From: Tubulanus polymorphus
Taxonomy: Eukaryota; Animalia; Nemertea
NCBI RefSeq assembly: GCF_964204645.1
Contig: NC_134028.1
Location: 8,742,001-8,806,000, forward strand
DNA: 64,000 bases
Direction: 5' to 3'
The position numbers and the translations under genes are program-made. Positions 12,433 through 25,667 of this stretch are shown here, in pieces; position 1 is the stretch's first letter; each line of letters begins with the position of its first letter. The notes under the pieces were generated by a model, which saw only the letters and a program-made list of their open reading frames with translations, was not told the origin of the DNA and made no database searches.

Positions 12433-14150
12433 AATGAACCGCGCGGTGAGCGTTGAAACGAAGGACTCCGAAGAAGTTGAATTAACCGAAATAATAGAAT
12501 TACCGATTTTCTTACATTAGAGACTACTATACGTAACAAACAACACTTAACAGCTACGGAACCGGAGCCATGGCTTGAACCTGATATCGACATTATATAT
12601 AGATGAATTTTAATATTATTAGTTCTGTTATTTATATTATTATTTTCATTATTGTTACATGAATCGGCGTGAAACACCGGTTTATGATTAGTATTTGTTG
12701 TTTATTGTTTGGTGTAAAATATTGAGACTGTTTTACCGTATTGTAGGCGACGAAACCAATTCAGTAGTCATCATTTTTTATCGACGACCACGTGTGGTGT
12801 TTATTATCTCTTGATCCGGTTCGTTTTTGGCCGTTGAAATTAATCCGAAATTTCTCGAGAGAAATCTGGATTAGAAATCATATATTCTGCATCATATATT
12901 TAAGAAGTGGAATGTAAATGATAATTTAAGATTACCGTAGGTCAGAAGTCTGGCCTAAACTTGCTGGTAAAAGCTGGTTAGCCCGCAATGAGTAAAACCC
13001 GGTGGGCTATTGCGTCCACCTTTTCAGCGTCTATTCGTCGGACAGAATCGAGTTGCTTTGCGAAGTTTTCAACGTGCTTTGATTTGGGGTATGTATATAT
13101 CTGCATTCACTATGATGTTTCAGCGGCCCAAAAATCGTGGCCCGATTAAAATCAAGATGGCCATTTTTGTGCGACAAGTTGAAAAGAAGTTATTTATGTG
13201 TCTGAATTTTTGGGCTTCTAGCGTCTTGGTTTGTCATATGACATTGAAATTTAAGGTGGGTAGAACTTCGGCAAGAGATCTTTAACAGGTATCAGACACA
13301 AGTTTTTGGGTCAGTCAATTGTTGCGCAGGCAGTGGCCATCTTTGTTGCGTCAGTTCTCATTCATATCCGGAGAATGAAAATGATGAGTTTCAACTTTTT
13401 TGGTTGTCGGCAATTGTTAGGTGCTGTCGTAGGACATTTTACATGGAAGTGGGATTGTCCAGTTTATTGTTCTCTTATTGTTAAATACACTATCGAAATA
13501 CACTGTTGATAGGCCTATTTCAATTCATATCGGCACCTATGCCTATTTACAAAACACAATCCGGAGCTAAGTTGTAGATCATGCCATATTCTAATGATTG
13601 TAGTTATATCCGAGGTCATTGGTTTATTCTTACCGGTACGTTCACCAGTGGTGTTGAATGGTGAAATATACGGTATTTCCATCTATATTGGGACCTTTGG
13701 ATATTTTTCAACTACATGTACATTCAATTGCAAAGTGTAGCTTTTATGACATGTTTTATGATTGAGTCGAGTGTCAAATCTTTATTTGTTCACTAGGGGG
13801 CGTTGAATATTGAACTCGTCAGATTGTTGAGCATTTTAAATCACCGAGTGGGCATGGCATTCCCAGACCTCTAGTTTTGTATATTTGCCAAAGTTATGTC
13901 AGTATAGCTTAAAGAATAATGTGAAAAATTTTAATATCCCGGTACAAAGTTGAATTTTGTAGCGCGTGTGCTTCCGACTAAACTGTGGAAAACTGTATAA
14001 TGTTTGGAGTATTAGGTGACTGACTTTTCGTTTCGACTTTTCGATTCCGGCATGGTATACGAATCAAGTCTCTGAGAGCACTATGGGTATTTGATGAATT
14101 CTCATTATGATGCTCTTCCGATTGAACTACAGTAGAGTAGGATCACACAA

Positions 14151-14255
14151 GGCCTGGTTCCACAGTTTTGAGTAAAGAGTTAACTCTTGAGTTAAAATCA
14201 GTTCAATGTTTTACTCATGGAGTCAAGTTCAACTCAGAACTGTGGAACTCGATCC
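14151..14255. mobile_element. Small MITE downstream of GID4 (putative 3' UTR)
   Basis: Imperfect terminal inverted repeats gttccacagttttgagt ... actcagaactgtggaac. Confidence 0.55.
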
Positions 14256-15403
14256 AGGTTTTTATCGGTGTCGGCCAATTCTGGAAAACTCTTCTGTCGC
14301 GGAGTAACCAGAATTCTTTATACCCCGTTATTAGATTAGCTTGATAAAACCTGCCGGTAGAGCATATTATGTAATTTCTATTGCGCAATACCACGTCAGT
14401 CGAAGTCCGCCAGAATTAGATGCTGCAATCAGTGATAACCTTTCAGAAAAAAGTTGCTCGTTGATAACCTGTATGAAAGCATCTCTTCAGTTTTTTTTTA
14501 GTGAATAATGCATACGTGTACTACATGCAAAATGTGTGAATTTTGCATTTAAATCTAAAGCGTGTGTATGTATATGGTATGTGTATGTATTCGTGTCGAA
14601 TAATTTGTTGATTTATATAAATTAATGACTCAAGAAAATAAATTAAAAACATTTTATAAAAAGTTAGATTCGAATTCGATCGTTGTTGGTTTACCTTTGT
14701 CAGCGATATGAAGTTGGCATTGAGCCAATTTCATGTAAAATCGCGGTACGTTTCTTTATGTGAGCATTTGTTTCATTGGTTCTCGGGTAAAACGACGTAT
14801 AATCGATGCGCTTGAAGACATGACGAACCTCCGTCGATGTACATGGTCAACTTTGTTAAAATTCTACGATAAACTGTTTTTGGCGGGAAAATTCTTAGCT
14901 CTCGCGTATAAAATTGCAATGACTTCGATTGGGGGGCGTTGTCTCTACGAGCGAATGTGATTGGCTGTTTTTGGGATATACGGGGAATTCCGGCGCTACT
15001 AAAATAATTATGGGAAAGCCATAGAATGGCGAACGTTTCATTGGACTAGGTGTCGTATTACGTGCAAATTTAAAATGCCCATTGCTGATGAGAATGTAAT
15101 TATTATTATAGGTATTGTTTCATTTTAATACCCGGTGATTGATTTGATTGACACTGAAGTGCAAGCGAACATTCACTTACACAAGGCCTCCACACGTGCG
15201 CGCGGAGTGCCTGTTGCATACACAAACACACGCTCGTACAGTCTGCTTGCTGGCGCGATTGACATTTCATCAACAGAAGATGAGCGCTATGTTTGCTGTT
15301 TGATATAATTTATAATAAATTGTAATTTCTTGTGACCTGAAAATATTAAGCAGCAAACTACAAGTATAGGTCGAGGTCTGAATATTGTAGTAGTAAATTC
15401 CAG

Positions 15404-15541
15404 GGACCGGTTGCATAGTCATGGCTTAGACTTAAGACCAGTCTAAAACCAACTTAGTTCTATAGCCAATCTAACAACTTAAGACCAGTCTTAAGATTTA
15501 AGACCACTTTTGGACTTAAGTCACGACTGTGCAACTGGGCC
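15404..15541. mobile_element. PIF/Harbinger-type MITE, family A
   Basis: TIRs ggaccggttgcatagtcatggctta / taagtcacgactgtgcaactgggcc, with CAG on both sides (15401-15403, 15542-15544). Related copies at ~54450-54628 and ~59049-59180. Confidence 0.75.
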
Positions 15542-16796
15542 CAGGATTTAAAACGATCTAATACGCCGATTTCTTACTGCGCCGGTTTAGATTCCGCGGC
15601 CATACATTGGAAGAGGTTTCCAAGACTAAATATTCAGCCACCCTCTGATATGTGATGTCATATGAATTTTATTTGAATATTTTTTCATATTGTGAAAAAT
15701 ATTTCTTTGAAAATATAAAATAGTTTCCCTGCCGCGCCTACCTGTACCCTACGAAATGTATATTTTTGGTCTTATTTGACTAAAAAATAATTCTTTGAGA
15801 AAGATGAAATACAAGATAGAACTTTGAAGTCACGAATTTAAAAGATTTTTCAAGCAATGCCCTTACCCCAAACAACCTCTAGCTTTCAAGGTAAACCACA
15901 CGTTGCCCATGGGCAATTAATTTTTTTCTTTGCGTCAAATTGCCATTTCGACATTATCCATTTGACGTTACAGTCTCCTTTAACTCGGACCTAGATTCGG
16001 CGCTTACGAAGTACTGTACTTCGCTGATGCCGAATTAACCAAAATACAACGCTTACACGGCCAGTTACGTTCACGCTACGAGTCGGCAATTCGGCACTTA
16101 GTAAGCCCAGTATAGTAGTATGGTCACCCGGTGTGGTACTACGAGGATGTAGCGCCGAATCTGCGTTCACACTACAAGCAAGCCCGTAGTACTTGATTCG
16201 AGGGAAAATTGTAGGAAAAGAAACTAAATCTTCACCCCAAATATCTTATTTTCAAGGATATTCTATAGCAGTACTCCCAGGACCAGACTTTGGAGAGAGC
16301 ACCTTCGAAATGTTTCCCTTTCACGAAAATCGAGGTCCGAAGACATTGCTGGCTACAGGCGGCCTGTTGATATTCGTAAGGCAATATGTATATATTCTGT
16401 CGGTTAATTTTCGAGTAAAATAGATTCTTATTTGGCTGGTTGTCGGTTTTATGACCGTTGTCAATTTACTTCCGCAAATCCGAAACGGCGGCTTTGTGAG
16501 AGTTTATTCTGGATGTAATCGCCCAGTACCGGGACCACCTAACGCAAAACGTAGGGCCTTTGGGACTAATGGAATGCCAATGTTCTGGTCCTTTTGATGA
16601 CCGTTTATAATGTATCTAAACTAATGATTGAATCCATTCAGGACGACTGAGGATGACCGAGGACGTCTTGCCACCATCATACCGATAAGGCTTTAGGCGA
16701 GCGAGTTGAAAAATTGACAATGGGAACCCTTGCTGTGATTAGAACGCCTGTCAGAATAGTACATAAATATAAATATATAGATTGTGAAATAGCTAC

Positions 16797-17198
16797 CTAT
16801 GTTAATACTGTATCATATTTATTGACGAAAGTCCGGTTCGGGCATTTCCGTAACGCTTCGTCATTCAGCGGACAGGACTTGTACACAGTTACAGCAATAC
16901 TAACACCGGTAGCATTATCAGTAATTTCCTTCCTAGCAGTTCCCGGAATAGAACTTGTCCAACCCGGATTAGCCATTTCGAAAATCACGTAAAGCATGCA
17001 TAGTTCGATGTTCGTCTCGATCGCTATTATGAAAACGTAGATGAGTATTTGACCGCATGCTAGCTCCCAGATCAGCTCGAAAACATCGTCGAATTTCGGT
17101 AGAACGCGCTCGTGTTCGACCATCGGTTCTCGATCAGCGGTACCTGTATCGGCGATATCTGCCGAAATTGCTCGGTTGTTCTAACCAGTGATGTTCAT
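16797..17198 (-). pseudogene. Disabled duplicate of exon 1 of the SLC22 gene
   Basis: Near-identical to 25263-25667, but with TAG at codon 6 (17181-17183), TAG replacing the last Glu codon (16797-16799) and a 3-nt deletion. No downstream exons found. Confidence 0.88.
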
Positions 17199-17504
17199 TG
17201 TCGCCCTGATATAAGTCACATATTTCATGTAATATAACTTATGACTATAGTGTCAATATGTGCTTTAAAGATTTGAAAAATAAAGTGTTCAAATCAAATC
17301 AAATCAAAGTCGTAATCAACCCTTAAATTTGTATGTGGCCTACGTAAATAACCTGTCCCATCTCACAACTTGGTGATCATTTTATTATTGCATATTATTG
17401 TTTTTTCCTTACTTTAATGGCCATTTTTCCTCCTATGCTTAGGCTGGATGACTACGTAAATCACTGGCCGACTGGATGGCTGGATGACTGTATGATTGGT
17501 TTAA

Positions 17505-17840
17505 TAGGTAAAATGGTGATGGTTGAAATGGTGGATTATGGGTGATTATGGTGACGTAGGAGATGATGGCAGAGATGGTGGTGATGGTGATGGAATTGAT
17601 AGTCATGAGAAATGAGATGGTGCAGATAGGGATGAAAGTCACGAAGGTGGTGATTGTGATGATAGAAATGAAGGTAGAGAAGGGGATGTGATGGGGGTGA
17701 TGGTGACGGTGTTGATGATGGTAGAGATAGTGATGCTAGGGAAGGAGATAGTGGTGATGTTGGTGATGGCGGTGGTAATGCTGGAGGTGATGGTGTAATG
17801 TGAGCGATGATGGTGATGGTGACGATGCTGGAGGTGACTT
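17505..17840. repeat. Low-complexity (GGTGAT/GAT)n degenerate microsatellite
   Basis: Runs of ggtgatggtgatg variants; preceded by an AATAAA-(TCAAA)n LINE-like tail at ~17279-17308. Confidence 0.8.
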
Positions 17841-18334
17841 CATGTTAATTTTTAGCGACACTAATTTTCTGTTGCTAGAGAATCTGGGATCTGAGAACTT
17901 TATCTGCAAGGAAAACCTCGCAATTTTGGCACCTCGCTAACAGCGCCCCTAGTGTTAACTATAAGGAAGATTTGAATTAGAATAACTATTTTTAAACTGT
18001 AACCTATTATCAACAGAAAATCATGCAGAACATACTTGTTTTTTCATAAGCAAATATTGCATGTGAAGTGTCGAAATTTGGAAAAACCTTGGGGTAATGA
18101 AACGCCGTTTTTTCTCAAAATAGGTTCATTTTTCTCGGTTCTTCCGCGTTGAATATTTCCTGCGAGCGAAACTAAGGGTTGGTAAAATACAAGTTTATAA
18201 ATGTTGTTCTTCGTTATATTTCCGATATTCTCACCCGTACCCGTCCCACTTCTTCTGTCTGTGTTGTTTCCCATCGTTTTTATCACATTCCTTACATAAA
18301 TATGAGACACCGGGAAGATTTACATGTATATCAT

Positions 18335-18480
18335 GGGTCGCGCCTTTCGGCATTGTCGAGGCGCGCGCGGGACGCACGGTCACCGGCGAATCTCGTGGCC
18401 CTCCCCCGACCCGTCTTGAAACACGGACCAAGGAGTTTAACATGTGCGCGAGTCGTAGAGTCCTACGAAACTCGCCGGAG
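18335..18480 (+). pseudogene. Isolated ~150-bp fragment of 28S (LSU) rDNA
   Basis: Contains the conserved eukaryotic LSU stretch GACCCGTCTTGAAACACGGACCAAGGAGTTTAACATGTGCGCGAGTC (18408-18454), preceded by GC-rich D2-like sequence. Flanks are AT-rich and not rDNA. Confidence 0.88.
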
Positions 18481-19146
18481 GTGAGTGTAGCACTGTAGGG
18501 CTAGACCTACACTTTTTGGGGCAAGTTTATCATTCGTAAAATATCTTTCATGCAAATCCTAAACTTGTTGGACGAGTCAATATTCTACATCAATTACACA
18601 TACATGTACACGTATCAAGAAAATCAATCAAATCGATTTCAGAAGAGTCCAGAACAACTTCATTCCGTCTCCGGGTCGACGAACAGACGAAAAGCGAAAG
18701 CAAGAACTTGAAGCGGGCTATCGCGTTCAAGACATCGTGTACATACACATACATAGATTTATTATACTGTGTCATATTTACGTGGATGAATTAATTCATC
18801 ATATAAAAAATATAAATTGCTTACTGAACAATACATTAGTTCGAAAATAATGGCCTCTATCCTCGCGTATACGCGAGTCTAACTTATTGAGCATGTTTAC
18901 AAAGAAGATATTTATGGGACGTACATCTGACATAATGACGTGGGTAATATTCAAATTATTAGTCATGGTCGTAATTAGTGACATTGATATGAACCTATTT
19001 TGGATTTACAAAATATATATTTCCATTAAAAGCAATTCATGCGTCAGGAGGAATGGGTTCGGGGGTGTATTTTGAAATGAGTATTCATTTTATTGCGAAA
19101 GATCTATAAATGCATTGAAAAGCAGGAAGCTTTATATGGTACACAT

Positions 19147-22100
19147 TTAAACAGTGGTTACTTTGGGCCCATGCAAAAGCATATTCTTCCCGTCACCCGA
19201 AGTTGGTGATCTTTCTTCGACATTCTGTTCTTTCACGTCATCTGTAACGTTCATAGTTTTTTTCCAGCGACAACACCTTTTGTAACAATTCAGTTTTCCG
19301 GGTGGCAGCGCTTCGGGCATCGGCTTTCCGAGCGTTTCGGGGAGGAAAGCGAAAACTAGAAATCCCGATATGATCGCTAAACATCCGAGTATTATGTAAG
19401 GAGTTATCCTCTGAAAAAGAAGATTGTGAAAATTGAAGGCTCGTCGGTCAGGTAAGAGTGCGGTTTCATTTAACGTTTGACCTTGCAAGGGAGATTATAG
19501 CCTCAACGACCACTTCGAATACAGTGCGGAATTTGGAGGATAGGTATTTTTAGTTTTCAGTATGTTTGGTATGGGGAACGGTTTTTTCCAACTACCATAA
19601 CCAGGCATTAAAAAACGAAATGGTGGCTTTTTTGAACAGCAGAAAAATAGGGTTTAAAATCTAGAGGACCCAGAGGGTTAGGGTTTAGAGGGTCCAGAAG
19701 GTTAGGGTCACGGTCAGGTCATGCATACATGGTTATGCATTAATGGCTAGGCAATGGGAACTAGAAAATTAGAAGCTGGCATCTGGCCTCGCTTGCTCCA
19801 GTAGTTAGAGCGCGGCACTAGCACTACAGTGCTTTTTGAGTCGAATCTTAATTTGCGTCGTTAATACTTAGAATCGTCCAAGTACAGAAGCGAATGTGCA
19901 TGCGCACTGAGGCACCTGGAATTGGGAGTTAGAAATAGCCGTCTGGTATAATGTAGCTCCTTGAACTTGTATAGCAATAACCCAATCACCTTATCTTAAT
20001 CATTTATTCAAAATGTCAGACACTGTAGTCAAATTTGGAATACTTGCCAGTGTTTTTAGTTGAGGTGCTATCATGGCACCAACCCTTGCCGCCATGTTAC
20101 CGGCGCTAGTTCCAATATTTCTGATAAAAAAATACAACAAAAATATCGGTAAGAAGAAAAGACATAACCATTAACAGACGATATCCAGGGATGCCAAATC
20201 TGGGAGGTGTTACGCAACGGAATACCAGTGAAAAATTCCAAATTTCAATCTGTAATCGAGGTAAACTACACTGTATACATATCAAACTAATCAATACCAA
20301 CAGAAAAATGAATACAGATACATAAAATCAGATGGCAGATCTAGAGAGATATAGAAGAGAAGAATGGATACCTCATCAGTGTCGGGTACATTTCAACAGT
20401 CATCACGTGATTACAGCTCCACGTACCAGCATTAGCGGATAAACCGGCTAACGCAAATGCTGTGACCAGATAACTGTACTGCCTCAGTATCCCGACAAGA
20501 TCTAATATCATTATAATTATCATACACAATCCTGCAACTGAGACGTACAACAAGAAGCTCCTTTTTCTGCCCAATCTGAAATCGATACGAAAATCAAAAA
20601 TAACGAGCTTCGCCAATACTGTACGGGGTTAGAAGATACAGTCTATCCTCGTTAGTACGATGTCCATGGGAAAATTAAGAATCATCGCACTAACCGAATT
20701 TCGTATTAACCAGTAAAAAACAATATCACATACTAACATATTAACTTTAACTTATTTACCCCATGGAGAAGTTTATCGCACGTGTGGTCAGCGCCACCAC
20801 ACAATTGATAGCCCGGACAGTGCATGAATAATGCGTTCAATACAAGTTAAGAAAAGTGGGAACTCATCATGGACCATCGCACTAAGCATGTTTGTTTACT
20901 ATAGGAATGAATAGGAGATCGTTAATTTTACATCGTGTTACCGGGAATTTCGTATTATCGTGATCGAAGTTAGCAAAAATTTCTAAGAAAAATATGCTAT
21001 ATAAGAAAGGCAGGGAATTATTAAATTCATCGAATTACTGAGGTTTTCGTTGTAAGCCGAATCGTACCAACGAGGTTCGACTGTAGTAACACATCACCAC
21101 GCTAGTTCAAAAATGAAATATAGCCGCAAGGCAGCGATAATGGTTTTCCTGCGTTACCGAGCCATGTCGCCTGATATCATTTTCGAAAATCATTCCATAA
21201 TGCATTTTCATATGTTGTATGAAAATGCATTATCAAAGCGGATAATATGGCCTTTTATAAACTATAGGAGGAGATCTCGTTGAAAAAAGAATTCTTTGTA
21301 GGCATGACTGAGGGAGGGTGGATTAGCGGGAAAATGAAAACTAACAGGGTGCGTATTGGGTAAGGGTAAGATATATTCTAAGCACTGAAAGAAGAAAGAC
21401 TATTATATATACAAGCATTTAATGAATTTAACGATTCGATATAAGAGCCGGTTAAAATGAATGCATGTACATTACAAGCATAACTGATGTATCCGAAGTG
21501 TAGAAAATAATAAATAATTCCACAATCGATGATAGACAGCGAAACTGTCAGAAAAAAATGTTGTCAATTCTAAGATTGTTTTTTAATCGATTTCAAAATG
21601 CTGAAATATGAATAAACATCACTTGCCTATTTATGAGGAATATGACACTGGATCTGACCAACAGTTGAGCTACGCCGGATATGACAAGATTCATATAAAC
21701 AGTTGTTCCACTAAATTCACTCATTTTGATATTCAACACGTATGAAAAACACGAAGCAGTCGCCCTAAAAAGAATCGCATAACACAAAAGATATAATCTT
21801 TCTGAAGCTAAGAAAGATTTTTAGAAAGATACCGTGTTAAGAATTATGAAATATATATCTAATATCGTATCTAATAACGCAATAATTTTTAAATTCACAA
21901 TGATTGTAATAGTTATTTTGAAACGCCAATGTCGATGGCGTGGTGCACATCGACTCACACAGAACCCCTTATATAACGCATAATATAGTTATCAATGTAT
22001 ATAAACATTATTGTACGGTTTTTACGGCGTCAAAAATGTTTCGATGGTTTGTTATAGTTAAAAAAGGAATTTTTTGTTCCCTCGAAAGATTACTCAAGTA

Positions 22101-25100
22101 CTTCTCGCTTGGAAAGGCGAACAAATATATTGACTTTAAAAACTCAAATATATATGTATCGGTATGTATATGTACGTATGTATCAAATTAAAACAATGCA
22201 CAGTATATACATATCCAGGCAACTGATGAGTTTGAATGGAATTTCCTTTTTGGAAAAGCCAACGTCGAAAAACCCAACTGCGAACTCCGCCTTACTCATA
22301 GCGGTGGAGCCGCAAACATTTCATCATATAACCGAATTGTAATCGGGGAGTTTGAGAGCCAACCGGAAATGAAATTCAAGAAAAATCCTTGAGTGATTTT
22401 TTGAATTTAACAACCAAGGTATATGGAGGTACCATACCATTCTTCTGTTCTGATCTATCGAATAACAGTTCCTCAACCCGATCAGCAAATCAATTATTAT
22501 ACGTACCATACTAAAAGTAATATCAAAGTCCTCACTGCTATTTTTGGAGTGCGGAATAGATCAATGTATGTATACCCTTGCCGCATTTTGCTGTCCACGT
22601 CGTCTTGCTTTTTGATATCTTTAAGAAACGACAGATCTTCCGGCACTGGTTTACAGTTTTGTTTAGCTAATCTTCTAATGCATGTTTCGGCCTGGTTGAA
22701 TTTGCCTTTCTGAACGAGCCAGCGCACACTCTCGGGCATCAAACTATTTTTTTGTAGGAATTGAAAAATACGCACCTTGATAATTGCACAACTCGATTTT
22801 AGATTTTAGGCAAATCGTTCATCACTTCCACGAGGATCTGTGCAATTTCATATAGACATACAACTCTAAACGATTTGAACGATTAACTAAACGTGGTCTG
22901 ACATTCGAAATTAACTTAATAATCAAACATAATCCTAAATCTTGGAAACATTAAACCACGAAATAATACACGAATTGTTACTGAAGCTAACATTGATACT
23001 ATTCCTAAAGATATAACGAATTTTCGAGCAATCTAAGGAAGTCTGATTATGACAACTTACAAAAATACGAATGGATAGAAAATAATGCCGAACGAACCAG
23101 TGACGAATGTTAGATATCTCCAGTTCTCTCGACATAGATACGCAAACAGGGCCAGCAACATCGGGGCTATATGCCAGCCGATCCGGTATGAGACCAGCGT
23201 ACGCCATTTTGGTCCTAGCTGCTCCATCGGTAAAACGCACGTCACACTAACCAGAGCCCCTGAAACGGTTGGTAGACATAAGAGCCCGAGGAAGTAAACC
23301 ATTAATTACCGTGATAGTCGAGGATAGGACATCCAAAAACATGATTTAGTTTTTTGTCTGTTATATAGACATGATGTATGTATGAGCAACTGGCCCAAAT
23401 CGATTCATACTATATAGCCGTAGGTTATGTTCTATAGAACTAGATAGACGCACATAGAATATTAAATAGTAGAAGCAAATATTTATCAATCCTTCTATCC
23501 TTCGATCTTCAAAATAAGTAATGAAATTGAAAGACATCTCTGATGGATGCAGAAGGACTCTACGTCAAAAGTGTCACTAATAATCACATGGGTCTAGTTT
23601 CAATACGACCGGCGGCGTGAAAAAATGATAAAACCTTCATGAGTTACCCAGAAGTGGTTAACCATGGTTAGCATTCAAAGGTCAATCTTTTCGAATAGAC
23701 TTTTATCGAAAACATGTTTATCGAATATTGAAGTGTTTTTGTTGCGTCATTGATACAAAGATTAGTTATCAGCCAAACAAACAAATTCCCAAAACGTTTT
23801 ATTCATGCAGTAAAAATTGCGATTATTTGCATTATTCAGTTCTATTCAAGTACAACTAGAATACGCAAACATCTAGAATTGGGTATGGAGAGAGGAACCT
23901 CTCAAGTCGGGTCAAGTTTGTGGTATACATTCAAAGTACTTGTATATCTATATTAGCATATAAACGTTCTTCCTTGAATGAAATAAAACAATCGCAGACG
24001 CAAGAGACAGCTCGCTGGTAAATATGCAGCCAGAATAATTTAGATGATTTAGTAATGTAAATAAATTGGAATAAAAATGCAATTTTTGGCCATGTAAAAG
24101 TGTATTATAGAATCGGTCCAGTCAGACCTGGAAATTCTACGGGTTCATCAAAAAACGGGAAAATAAGAGGCGAAAAGTTGTTAACCGATACGGCTATGGA
24201 TAACTGGCATTTAATGGAGACTAGTTTCCGGAATGAGGGTTATCTTATGTTAGTTTAATTTGACTGACCTACGCATACACCGACTAATACCCGCAACGCG
24301 GCGTAAATCTGCCAATAGCCAGTGAAACCGAGACAAGTCTGCAAAATCATCATAGCCAACCACACAACCAGTATAGGAATCCTACGCCCGATTCTATCGG
24401 ACACCTGTCCAGCTATCAAAGCACCGACTAGTTGAGCAGCAAAAAACATCGTTGCGATCATTTTACTGATGTACGCTCTGTCACACACTAGATCCCACTG
24501 AAATATAATACAACTTCGTACAGCAAGCCCGTAGCATTGTTGTTTTAGAATGTTTAACTAGATTTTAAATGCGTGTGTTGTTTGTAGGACTATTTCAAAT
24601 CATAGGATTATTTTGGATGTTATCCCGGTTACCGGCACAGGGCGGAATCTAGGAAATTTAGAGGCAAGGGTCCAGAAACAGAGAAAATACATTTTCAGAT
24701 AAAGCAGCTATCCGGCTATACTATAGCGGGGTGCCAACCGTCGTGACGATAAGGGCAACATCAGTGGGAAGGCAGGGGTCCGGACCCCGGGGCCACCCCC
24801 TGAATCCGTACTAACGGTAACAATCACAAAATGTAGAGCCCACTAACCAGAATTGTCACGTGCGGAGCGAGCGTGCTGAAAACAGCCTCTGATGGGAACT
24901 AAAGCCGACCTACGCCCGCCTTAACGCTACCTTGGCCTTGCGACTGCCAGCGACGGGTTGCGACTGCCAGCGACGCCAGTCGCAGTGAGTCGCACATGTT
25001 CTACTTTCTGCGACGCGACGCGACCGTCGCAACCGATCTACGCGCTCTTGCGACTGGGAGCAAGTAGTCGCACACAGTCGCTGACAATCGCGTCGCAACC

Positions 25101-25667
25101 GACTTACGCCCCCACTTGTGACGCAACGCGACGATCGCGTCGCATCGCGAAGGCCGACCTACGCCCGCCTTTAGTAATTCAGTTCCACAGAACGCTTCTG
25201 CTGATAGATAGAAAGATATATGCGTATATTCTAACATGCAATGTAGATTTTGAAATAGCTACCTCTGTTAATACTGTATCATATTTATTGACGAAAGTCC
25301 GGTTCGGGCATTTCCGTAACGCTTCGTCATTCAGCGGACAGGACTTGTACACAGTTACAGCAATACTAATACCGGTAGCATTATCAGTGATTTCCTTCCT
25401 TGCAGTTCCAGGAATAGGACAAGTCCAACCCGGATTAGCCATTTCGAAAATCACGTAAAGCATGCATAGTCCGATGTTCGTCTCGATCGCTATTATGAAA
25501 ACGTAGATGAGAATTTGACCGCATCCTAGTTTTCCGATCAGCTCGAAAACATCGTCGAATTTCGGTTGAGCGCGCTCGTGTTCGACCATCGGTTCTCGAT
25601 CAGCGGTACCTCCTGTATCGGCGATATCTGCCGAAATTGCTCGGCGGTTCTTACCAGTCACGTTCAT
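19147..25667 (-). CDS. SLC22-family organic cation/anion transporter (MFS), 8 coding exons
   Basis: Exons 25667-25263, 24497-24269, 23259-23061, 22743-22507, 21764-21627, 20575-20372, 20120-20048, 19410-19147. Motifs FDDVFELIG, TEWDLVCDR, GQVSDRIGRR, EQLGPKWR, MPESVRWL, DLFRTP, RLGRK, EMYPTLMRNIG, AARVGAMIAP, LPETLGKPMP. Confidence 0.92.
20639..21083. mobile_element. Tc1/mariner (pogo/Tigger-like) non-autonomous element in an SLC22 intron
   Basis: TIRs cagtctatcctcgttagtacga / tcgtaccaacgaggttcgactg, each flanked by TA. Confidence 0.7.
21885..22037. repeat. Dispersed repeat family
   Basis: aaattcacaat...gttattttgaaacgccaat...gtgcacatcgactcac...ggtttttacggcgtcaa recurs at ~38535-38655 and ~39305-39452, and in reverse around 4735-5490. 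Confidence 0.7.
24901..25173. mobile_element. GC-rich, self-complementary MITE-like element in SLC22 intron 1
   Basis: Dense TGCGAC/GTCGCA repeats in both orientations; gccgacctacgcccgcctt occurs at 24904 and at 25153. Confidence 0.6.

Noticed and set aside
18335-18480. Functional rRNA gene
   Set aside because: Only ~150 bp; no flanking LSU, ITS or SSU sequence.
19785-19855. tRNA-like sequence (also 11620-11710)
   Set aside because: A/B-box remnants only, with no intact cloverleaf; SINE or pseudogene rather than a functional tRNA.
24910-25458. Arg/Ala/Thr-rich ORFs
   Set aside because: They arise from the GC-rich MITE and the antisense strand of SLC22 exon 1.
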